A stretch of DNA of 64,000 nucleotides, taken from positions 43,586,001 through 43,650,000 of the forward strand of contig OZ024748.1 in the NCBI GenBank assembly GCA_964016885.1. The letters run 5' to 3'. Shown piece by piece: positions 34,548-45,800 of this stretch. The position numbers were made by a program, and so were the translations under genes. Source of the stretch: Eledone cirrhosa (Eukaryota). The stretch's first letter is position 1, and each line of letters starts with the position of its first letter. The notes under the pieces were generated by a model. That model was not told the origin of the DNA, ran no database searches, and saw only the letters and a list, made by a program, of their open reading frames with translations.

Positions 34548-37180
34548 TAATATTTAAAGGTTAAACAAGGTTCAATGAATAAATCAAAGAATGAGTTTTA
34601 CAATAGATTGGAAGCACTCAACAGAATGGTTTTCCAGAGTTATTAATATTAATTCAAAATATTAACAAAATAGATATTCTTGTGATCAATTATATTTTAT
34701 TATACATATTTCAGAGGTACTGAGTTAATTTCAACAGTACGTTCTCATCAGATAAAATAAGATGATGCATGACATACCCTGACATAGTAGATTCAATCAT
34801 GGTAGTGAGTAATATATGATAAAACTCAATATTTATATACCTTAATATTGAAAACATGAAAAAAACTACATATAATACATATAATAGAGAGGGTGAGTGT
34901 GAGAAAGCTTAAAAAATACATGGCAGCAATATAACTGTTAAAGATTCAAATAATTTAAATTACTGAAGAAAGAGGAAAGAAAAGAAAGGCATAGAAGAAG
35001 AAACAGATGAGGAACCTAGGAAACAAAAGAGAGTTGATTACAGAGAGAGAGAGATAAAGAGGAATAACTTTTATAATGTAATAATATAGGGAGATATTAA
35101 ATTAGAACAACATTTGGGCTTAGCTTTAGGAAAAAGGAAAAAAAATCAATTCATTGAATTATTGAAATATCTAAAAATATTCATCAATCGGAATTTTAAA
35201 TATAATTAGGTGTATTCCTATGATGGTTAATACCAAGTGTTTAGACAATTATCTGTATATACAATATATATCCAAACATATCTGGTTGACCGTTAACATT
35301 CAAATCATTTAATTTAAGTTAGTTCAGAGTAATGAATAATATTTTAGGTTATAAAAGTGAATAAATATCTGTATTAATATTAAAGTATACTATCATATTT
35401 AATTTATAAAATCAAATTTTATGAAATCAAATTTAAAGGATTTACAAACACGAAAAAGAAAACAATGTTTTTAAAACCTCACGAAGGTAAACTTTACTAA
35501 ATTTATTATATAATATTAAATTATTTATATTATATTGGAAATAGTTTATATTATATAATTTAGAAAATAATTACAGTTATAATTTTTAAAGAATTTTAAG
35601 ATTAACAATTTGAATGCCTAAAGGATCAACAGGCCTTATAATTAAACTTAAAAAAGTCTGATTATTAAATTATATATATGCGTTTATCAAAAATATACAC
35701 AAAGATTATATTGTCTAAAGACCTAAGATGATATCTCTCAAATAGACATAACATAATACAATACAATAAATAAGTTACTGAAAATATTGTTAAAATTAAT
35801 GTTTTAGATCAATTATTGTAATAGGATCATTTAATAGATATATACTATAAATATAGAAGTCAAAACTTCATGAGCCCTAAGGATAAGGACTAGATTTAAA
35901 ATAAAAAGTGAAAAAAGTAAAGATAATGAATTGTTTACGATCATAAAAGTGCCCAATATAAAAAAATATAGTTTAAAATGCAAGGGAGTTTTTTTTTTTT
36001 ATATCGTAGACTAACAACACTTCTAAAGTGTCCACGAAGATGATAGAAAGAGGAGCTAAGGATTTCAATAACCCGAAGGTAACCCGAATTTAATTAAAAT
36101 AAATTAAATTAAATTAAGTAATAATCGTTATATAATTTAGAACATTAAGGAAATATCTAACAATTATAACAATAGAGAGTCATTTGAGTATCCAAATTAC
36201 TTATAACCGGTAATCTTACAAGTTATATATCCAAATTATATATTTAAAACAAAAACAAATATATAAGGATCCCAATCTAAATTATATATATCTAAAATAA
36301 TCCAAAGGTGTGCATATTCATCAAGAGAACAAGTTAACAAATAATGTTTATATACCTAAACAGGACCCTTCAGTCTAACATTAATTCTATCATAAATGAG
36401 TAGAAAATAAAACATTATTAAAGTTTTATAATCTGTTATAACGTTTTAGGTACACAGTTGATAAGAGACGTCAAAAATTAAAACCTGTTTATTTAGTGTT
36501 TTTTCCTGACTTTTAACGAGGCTTTGAATGTAGACAAAGTTTTATGAAGGTAGTTTGAGAATAATTCACTTTTCTTGTTAATTAAGTTTTCATAATTAGT
36601 AATTATTAATAGTATAGTACAGAGGTTGCAGTTAGGTGATATTGACGAATTCGAGTAGATTCTACTATTACATAGCTTCGTCCAAAAATCGAGTATTTTA
36701 AATTTTTGTCTTTTAATGACCATATAAGTTGTGATAAAGAAGTCGAAGACTTCCTATTAGGATTCGAAAAAGAGCATTTGTGATTCCCAAATCTCGAATT
36801 AAATGTCGAAGAAGTTGCCCCTATGTAGATGTATGTGATGTTATTGCCCCTATGTAGATGTATGTGATGCATTTATACACCAAATTTCTATGCAGACAAT
36901 TATTTTGCAGAGGGCAATCTGGTTTATTTCTACAATTACATTTCGATTTATTATTATTATAATTTATATTAACACTATTATTACTTCGAAATGTTCTATT
37001 GATAGTGCTTATATTGCTGTTAATGTTATTCATAGTATCAATATTGTTAGTGTTATTATATTCATTATTGTTAAAAGTATGCTGATTCTGGTTTAGAATT
37101 CTACTATTTAATTTAGCGATGTTTTGGGCCATATTCATAGTTGTAGAATAAGAAAGCTTAATTGTGTGTCTATTAAATTT
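34548..37180 (-). mobile_element. 5'-truncated Penelope-like element: GIY-YIG remnant (36490-37180), long AT-rich 3' region and hammerhead
   Basis: FNRHTIKLSYSTTMNM, CNCRNKPDCPLQNNCL, YIGATSSTFNSRFGNH, CNLC; frameshifted. Confidence 0.85.
34693..34759 (-). ncRNA. Type I hammerhead ribozyme
   Basis: Minus strand: tattttat-CTGATGA-gaacgtactg..cagtacctct-GAAA-tatgta-TA-ataaaata. Confidence 0.8.
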
Positions 37181-37613
37181 GGAACGGTTATCTGTCGGAG
37201 AGGAACGATACGTGTCCTCTGCTGTTCGTTATTTATATACTTCCCTGTCTGTCCGATTTCTTTCAGTAAATTTTCTTAGTCCTTGTGAATAGTTCTGAAT
37301 CATGAGACTCCCACACAAACATCACAAATACACCACACACACACACACTAACATACTACACACACACACACACACAGACATACTACACACATTGACATAC
37401 TACACACACCCACTGACATACTATACACACCATTTGACAATGGAATGTATGCTGTAATGTTATACAAGGTTGTTTCATAATGTCCTCTTCTTTTTATGTT
37501 AGTTTAAATATTTCACCGCAGCATTAAAATCTATCAAAATTTAGCTTCTTAAGATATTTTCTGTATATTGATTCTGTGTAAACTAATATTAAGGGTTTTA
37601 TATAAAATTATGT

Positions 37614-37892
37614 TGGAGGGAATGTTTGAGGACTCTGCCCCTACGACCCTCTCTCCCGAGGGAGGGAAGTGGAGGGAGTGTTTTAGGAGTCTGCCCCCAC
37701 GACCCTCTCTCCCAAGTGGGGGAAATGGAGGGAGAGTTTGAGGACTCTTCCCCCACGACCCTTTCAGGAATAGGTGGGGGAAGTGGAGGGAGTGTTTGAG
37801 GACTCTGACTCCACGACCCTCTCTCCTCAGTGGGGTAAGTGGAGGGAGTGTTTAAGGACTGACCCCACGACCCTCTCTCCTCAGTGGGGGAA
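37614..37892. repeat. G-rich ~60-bp degenerate tandem repeat x~4.5
   Basis: ggagggagtgtttgaggactctgccccacgaccctctctcc..gggggaagt. Confidence 0.85.
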
Positions 37893-38147
37893 GAAGAAGA
37901 AAAGAAAAATATTTTAATTTAAATTGCAAACCTTTAAAATATGACTTTCATAGAACCAGAGCTGGTTTTTTGCCAGGTTGACAAGAAAGGGCTGAGAAGT
38001 TCATATTTTGATCATAAGGACTCACAGGTTTGAGCCCACAACTTTCCATTTTGGGGAAAGTGTCATATACCAAAACCTCAGCTCAACCCGAATCTTGGGA
38101 GTGAAATTAGGGGAGACAGAAACTTTTTGAAAGTCTGTAGAATTGAT

Positions 38148-38164
38148 TGTGTGTGTGTGTGTGT

Positions 38165-38216
<52 letters not shown>

Positions 38217-38500
38217 TTGTGTGTTTATAAGGGACTGAATTTTTGTGGGTGAGAATGTGTGGGTGTGTGTGGATAAATTTGGGTGTGTTTGTATGCATTT
38301 GTGCATGTGCGAAGTGTGTGGGTGTGTGTATGAGTGTGTGTGTGTATGTGTGAATGAGTGTGTATGCGTGTGAGTGTACATGTATATATGAGTGTGAGAA
38401 AGAGAGTAGGTGTATGTGTGCATGTGTTTGTATGTGTACAAGTGTATGTGTGTATGTGAGTGTGTGCAAGTGTGAGAAAGCGTGTGTGTGTGTGTGTGTT
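38148..38500. repeat. (TG)n microsatellite region
   Basis: Direct inspection. Confidence 0.9.
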
Positions 38501-39000
38501 TACATTTACTGTTTGTTTAAAAGAAAATTCTTACATTCTTCAAATATTAACTTAGTTATTATAGAATAAAGATTTAACCTTGAAAACAGTGATGGCGGCT
38601 GATTGAGTCATTAGGGCAGGAGGCAGACAACCACCTAGGATACTGCCTGTGGTCATCACATATATTTAATGAGTGAAGGCCACTGTCCAGGACTGAGAGA
38701 GATCCACTATCTGGAGATCTGGTCCAAATATTTCTAAGGTAATTTAAACACCAGGTAGAGGTGTTAAACGAGAGCAGGGACAGGGGACACTTTGTTGTAA
38801 ATATATGACAGTATAGGAAGATGTAAGTAGTGGCAGCCCTATACACCATGTGTACCCCAGATGTTCTAATAGGTCTAGCATATCCCTGTATGTCATATGA
38901 GGTGACTAAATGGGTTCAGGAAGGAGGATCTGGCTGTAAAATATTGTCTCAAAATATTGCATCTGACCTATGGCAGCTTGAACAACTGGACATAGAAATA

Positions 39001-40220
39001 ATGATGGTGATGATGGTGGCAGTGATGATGATGGTGGTGGTGGTGGTGGTGGTGATGATGGCGGCAGTGATGATGATGGTGGTGGTGGTGATGATGGCGG
39101 CAGTGATGATGATGGTGGTGGTGGTGGTGATGGCGGCAGTGATGATGATGGTGGTGGTGGTGATGATGGTGGCAGTGATGATGATGGTGGTGGTGGTGGT
39201 GATGGTGGCAGTGATGATGATGGTGGTGGTGATGATGGCGGCAGTGATGATGATGGTGGTGGTGGTGATGATGGCGGCAGTGATGATGATGGTGGTGGTG
39301 GTGGTGATGGTGGCAGTGATGATGATGGTGGTGGTGGTGGTGGTGATGGTGGCAGTGATGATGATGGTGGTGGTGGTGGTGATGGTGGTGGTGGTGATGA
39401 TGGCGGCAGTGATGATGATGGTGGTGGTGATGGTGGCAGTGATGATGGTGGTGGTGGTGGTGGTGATGATGGCGGCAGTGATGATGATGGTGGTGGTGGT
39501 GGTGATGATGGCGGCAGTGATGATGATGGTGGTGGTGGTGGTGATGGTGGCAGTGATGATGATGGTGGTGGTGGTGGTGATGATGGCGGCAGTGATGATG
39601 ATGGTGGTGGTGGTGATGATGGCGGCAGTGATGATGATGGTGGTGGTGGTGGTGATGGCGGCAGTGATGATGATGGTGGTGGTGGTGGTGATGGTGGCAG
39701 TGATGATGATGGTGGTGGTGGTGGTGATGATGGCGGCAGTGATGATGATGGTGGTGGTGGTGATGATGGCGGCAGTGATGATGATGGTAGTGGTGGTGGT
39801 GATGGCGGCAGTGATGATGATGGTGGTGGTGGTGGTGGTGATGGCGGCAGTGATGATGATGGTGGTGGTGGTGGTGGTGATGGTGGCAGTGATGATGATG
39901 ATGTTGGTGATGATGGTGGTGGTGGTGATGGATGTGATGGTAATGATGTGATGGTGATGATGTGATGGTGGTGGTGAAGGTGATGATGGTGGTGGTGATG
40001 GTGGCAGTGATGGTGGTGATGATGATGATGATGATGATGGTGGTGGTGATGATGAATGTGATGGTAATGATGTGATGATGAAGGTGGTGATGGTGATGAT
40101 GATGATGATGATGGTGGTGGTGATGGTGGCAGTGATGGTGGTGATGATGATGATGATGACAATGGTCATGATGATGTTGATGGTGATAATGATGATGATG
40201 ATGACAATGGTGATGATGAC
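39001..40220. repeat. Compound (GTG/ATG/GCA) triplet minisatellite, ~30-36-bp units
   Basis: Units of gcagtg(atg)3(gtg)n(atg)n gcg/gtg. Confidence 0.95.
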
Positions 40221-40681
40221 AACACTGTGGAAGTGGTATACAATATGAAATTCCTGTTGAATGAGAAGTAAGTAGTTCATGAAAATAATACAGGAATAAA
40301 ATGAATCAATAATTTTCAAAGTCTCAAACTTTGTTGCAATAGACAGCTTTGTGCCAAACAATTGAATAGTTTCAGGTTTTCAAAATAACAAAATAGCAAT
40401 ATATTCATCAGGTTGCTTCAATACAAAACAGTTTTTGTGGTGATTGTGAAATATTAGAAGCAGCTTTGATAGTTCAATAACAGTTTCCAATATTAAAGCT
40501 ACCCTACAACCTTCCTAACACGGTTTTTGAGAGTTTGCCAACAACAACTGCAATCTATACTTTCCTCAAATAGGACAGTCAATATCTAGTTTACTGATAA
40601 AAAAAACACTGCAGTAAATAAACACAATAACTGCAAAATTGTTTCTACATTTAGTGTTTGGACATTGAGGATGCAATTAGG

Positions 40682-41310
40682 GGAACAAGGTGGGCATAGA
40701 AAGATGAGGTTGTGGAGTTGTTTTGACACTGGGGATGATAAGAACAGGATGAGGTGAACAAGGCAGGCAGAGAAAGATGAGGTTGTGGAGTTGTTTTGGC
40801 ACTGGGGATGATAAGAACAGGATGAGGTGAACAAGGCAGGCAGAGAAAGATGAGGTTGTGGAGTTGTTTTGACACTGGGGATGATAAGAACAGGATGAGG
40901 TGAACAAGGCAGGCAGAGAAAGATGAGGTTGTGGAGTTGTTTTGACACTGGGGATGATAAGAACAGGATGAGGTGAACAAGGCAGGCAGAGAAAGATGAG
41001 GTTGTGGAGTTGTTTTGACACTGGGGATGATAAGAACAGGATGAGGTGAACAAGGCAGGCAGAGAAAGATGAGGTTGTGGAGTTGTTTTGACACTGGGGA
41101 TGATAAGAACAGGATGAGGTGAACAAGGCAGGCAGAGAAAGATGAGGTTGTGGAGTTGTTTTGACACTGGGGATGATAAGAACAGGATGAGGTGAACAAG
41201 GCAGGCAGAGAAAGATGAGGTAGTGGAGTTGTTTTGGCACTGGGGATGATAAGGATATGATTAAGAGAACAAGGTAGGTATAGAAACATGAGGTAGTGGA
41301 GTTGTTTTGT
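40682..41310. repeat. 73-bp tandem repeat x~8.5
   Basis: gaacaagg at 40756, 40829, 40902 and onward; edge units diverged. Confidence 0.96.
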
Positions 41311-41667
41311 TAACTGGTGACATTAAACAGTATAGTCCAGGTTGACCTGAAGTAGGCCACACCAATGTTTTGCTGGTGCATACCATTACTAAATCCCTCA
41401 AAATTCTTGATTGTTTTCAAAATTTATTGAAAATCATAGGAGGTGTGTTTCATTAAAAAATATTGTAACAAATGGGTTAATTTTGGAGTAAAATATTTAG
41501 ACTATAGACATCTATTTTAACCCTTTTGTTTACATATTTTCAATGAAATACACTACCAATGTGTTTCAATAAATTTTGAAAATAAAAACAATTTGTGGAA
41601 TTTAGTAAAATAACTTTTTAATGAGTAAGCTGATGTTTGGAACTTAATATAAAACTGCTCCTGGTTT

Positions 41668-41935
41668 TCATCATCATCATCATCATCGTTTAACGTCCAT
41701 CTTCCATGCTAGCATGGGTTAGATGGGAGTTGTCCCACTTGAGGCAAGGTTGGTCGGGTGACCGTGTCTCGCTCATATAGGACTATCTGGCAGGTTTTCT
41801 ATGGCTGGATGCCCTTCCTAACACCAACCACATTTACAGTGTGGAACTGGGAACTTTTTACCGTGTTACCTACACAGCCACATTACAGCATAGACTGTGT
41901 TTTTTTTTTGTCGTGACACCTACACGATCTCGTTT
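41668..41935 (-). mobile_element. RTE 3'UTR-only fragment
   Basis: Aligns to 13008-13275; (CAT)n on the plus strand. Confidence 0.9.
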
Positions 41936-42119
41936 AAGTGTTTATATTTATCTCGAAACCTTCCATTATGACTTTATATAAGAACCTTTGCTAAGTTATG
42001 TTCCAAACACCCCTGGTTCTATGATATAAAACTGTTCTTGGTTCTAACTTTATATTTATCTAAAAACCTTTCACTTTGTTGTTATATAAAACCCATATCT
42101 ATCTCTGTTTTCAAGGTCC

Positions 42120-42351
42120 TACCTTCTTTAGCAATTACATTACTCTATATTTACTATTGTAATTTTGTGGTAAAGGCTTTATCTCATAATTATCTCTCAT
42201 AATATCGAATCTATGAGAGTTTGATGATGATATATATTTTGAGAACAATACCTTAACATCAGTATGAGCAGGCAGTTATGGCCGGTTTGAACAGAAAGTG
42301 GTGAGAGAAAGATTTAGTCGGATACAGCTGGTTTAAATGCTAAAGCGTTAA
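42120..42351. mobile_element. piggyBac-type MITE, second copy
   Basis: Colinear with 7197-7424; right end taaatgctaaagcgttaa. Confidence 0.78.
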
Positions 42352-42382
42352 AATGTTGATATTTATAGGAAAAACTTGAGTT

Positions 42383-42560
42383 AAGGTATGTGGTATGATG
42401 GTTAGAATGTTTGGCGTGTAATTATTGGGGTGCGACTTCAATTCCCAGAATGTATGGTACATTGATTCCTTGAGCAAGGCACTTCATTTCAGTTTACTCA
42501 GCTGGTAATGAGTACCCCCAGCAACTGGGGATAAAAAAGTACCAGTCAAGTAATGGGAAT
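42383..42560 (+). mobile_element. Degraded tRNA-derived SINE
   Basis: tggtatgatggttagaatgtttggc...ttcaattcccaga...ccttgagcaaggcacttcatttca resembles the head of 2881. Confidence 0.6.
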
Positions 42561-42804
42561 GATTCTTTCTCTGTCTCTCATCCTTACTTTTCATTTCTCA
42601 CTCTCTTTCTCTGGAAGAAATCTGCTGTATTCAGGCCTGAAGAGGGACGGGCTCCGCCAGGTTTTAAAATGCCTTAGAAATGCTGTATATCAACACGGTC
42701 CCCCTACACCCCTCTTGGGAGTTACAGGACCATACATACAATATAAATGTGAGATTGCCATGACAGCCAAACTTCTATCAGCGGTAAGAGCTTGGGAAGT
42801 TGTT

Positions 42805-45800
42805 CTTGTACCTGACACACTGCTGTCACCTTGTACTGACACACCACAAGAGAATGTCTCTTGTATCTGACACACTGCTGTCACCTTGTGCTGACACACC
42901 ACAATAGAATGTCTCTTGTACCTGACACACTGCTATCACCTTGTACTGACACACCACAATAGAATGTCTCTTGTACCTGACACACAGCTGTCACCTTCTA
43001 CTGACACACCACAATAGAATGTCTCTTGTACCTGACACACTGCTGTCACCTTGTACTGACACACCACAATAGAATGTCTCTTGTACCTGACACACAGCTG
43101 TCACCTTCTACTGACACACCACAATAGAATGTCTCTTGTACCTGACACACTGCTGTCACCTTGTACTGACACACCACAATAGAATGTCTCTTGTACCTGA
43201 CACACTGCTGTCACCTTCTACTGACACACCACAATAGAATGTCTCTTGTACCTGACACACTGCTGTCACCTTCTACTGACACACCACAATAGAATGTCTC
43301 TTGTACCTGACACACAGCTGTCACCTTCTACTGACACACCACAATAGAATGTCTTTTGTACCTAACACACAGCTGTCACCTTCTACTGACACACCACAAT
43401 AGAATGTCTCTTGTACCTGACACACAGCTGTCACCTTCTACTGACACACCACAATAGAATGTCTTTTGTACCTGACACACTGCTGTCACCTTCTACTGAC
43501 ACACCACAATAGAATGTCTTTTGTACCTGACACACAGCTGTCACCTTCTACTGACACACCACAATAGAATGTCTTTTGTACCTGACACACAGCTGTCACC
43601 TTCTACTGACACACCACAATAGAATGTCTTTTGTACCTGACACACAGCTGTCACCTTCTACTGACACACCACAATAGAATGTCTCTTGTACCTGACACAC
43701 AGCTGTCACCTTCTACTGACACACCACAATAGAATGTCTCTTGTACCTGACACACTGCTGTCACCTTCTACTGACACACCACAATAGAATGTCTTTTGTA
43801 CCTGACACACTGCTGTCACCTTCTACTGACACACCACCATAGAATGTCTCTTGTACCTGACACACTGCTGTCACCTTGTACTGACACACCACAATAGAAT
43901 GTCTCTTGTACCTGACACACTGCTGTCACCTTCTACTGACACACCACAATAGAATGTCTTTTGTACCTGACACACTGCTGTTACCTTGTAATGACACACC
44001 ACAATAGAATGTCTCTTGTACCTGACACACTGCTGTCACCTTCTACTGACACACCACAATAGAATGTCTCTTGTACCTGACACACTGCTGTCACCTTGTA
44101 CTGACACACCACAATAGAATGTCTCTTGTACCTGACACACTGCTGTCACCTTCTACTGACACACCACAATAGAATGTCTTTTGTACCTGACACACTGCTG
44201 TTACCTTGTAATGACACACCACAATAGAATGTCTCTTGTACCTGACACACTGCTGTCACCTTCTACTGACACACCACAATAGAATGTCTCTTGTACCTGA
44301 CACACTGCTGTCACCTTGTACTGACACACCACAATAGAATGTCTCTTGTACCTGACACACTGCTGTCACCTTGTACTGACACACCACAATAGAATGTCTC
44401 TTGTACCTGACACACTGCTGTCACCTTCTACTGACACACCACAATAGATTGTCTTTTGTACCTGACACACTGCTGTTACCTTGTACTGACACACCACAAT
44501 AGAATGTCTCTTGTACCTGACACACTGCTGTCACCTTCTACTGACACACCACAATAGAATGTCTTTTGTACCTGACACACTGCTGTTACCTTGTAATGAC
44601 ACACCACAATAGAATGTCTCTTGTACCTGACACACTGCTGTCACCTTGTACTGACACACCACAATAGAATGTCTCTTGTACCTGACACACTGCTGTCACC
44701 TTGTACTGACACACCACAATAGAATGTCTCTTGTACCTGACACACTGCTGTCACCTTGTACTGACACACCACAATAGAATGTCTCTTGTACCTGACACAC
44801 TGCTGTCACCTTCTACTGACACACCACAATAGAATGTCTCTTGTACCTGACACACTGCTGTCACCTTCGACTGACACACCACAATAGAATGTCTCTTGTA
44901 CCTGACACACTGCTGTCACCTTCTACTGACACACCACAATAGAATGTCTCTTGTACCTGACACACTGCTGTCACCTTCTACTGACACACCACAATAGAAT
45001 GTCTCTTGTACCTGACACACTGCTGTCACCTTGTACTGACACACCACAATAGAATGTCTCTTGTACCTGACACACTGCTGTCACCTTCTACTGACACACC
45101 ACAATAGAATGTCTATTGTACCTGACACACAGCTGTCACCTTCTACTGACACACCACAATAGAATGTCTCTTGTACCTGACACACTGCTGTCACCTTGTA
45201 CTGACACACCACAATAGAATGTCTCTTGTACCTGACACACTGCTGTCACCTTCTACTGACACACCACAAAAGAATGTCTCTTGTAGCTGACACACTGCTG
45301 TCACCTTCTACTGACACACCACAATAGAATGTCTCTTGTACCTGACACACAGCTGTCACCTTGTACTGACACACCACAATAGAATGTCTTTGTACCTGAC
45401 ACACTGCTGTCACCTTCTACTGACACACCACAATAGAATGTCTCTTGTACCTGACACACTGCTATCACCTTGTACTGACACACCACAATAGAATGTCTCT
45501 TGTACCTGACACAATGCTGTCACCTTGTACTGACACACCACAATAGAATGTCTTATACCTGACACACTGCTATCACCTTCTACTGACACACCACAATAGA
45601 ATGTCTCTTGTACCTGACACACTGCTATCACCTTCTACTGACACACCACAATAGAATGTCTCTTGTACCTGACACACTGCTGTCACCTTCTACTGACACA
45701 CCACAATAGAATGTCTCTTGTATCTGACACACTGCTGTCACCCTGTACTGACACACCACAATAGAATGTCTCTTGTACCTGACACACTGCTGTCACCTTC

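Noticed and set aside
28570-37180. Selenocysteine recoding as reported for some Naiad PLEs
   Set aside because: The conserved CxC/CP/CxxC cysteines I read are ordinary Cys codons with no in-frame TGA; SECIS not assessed
38830-40361. Extensin- or mucin-like 373-470 aa ORFs
   Set aside because: Triplet-repeat artefacts open in several frames on both strands; no splice or domain support
42553-42870. 105-aa ORF at the satellite edge
   Set aside because: No recognisable domain; starts in SINE/CT-rich sequence and ends in the satellite
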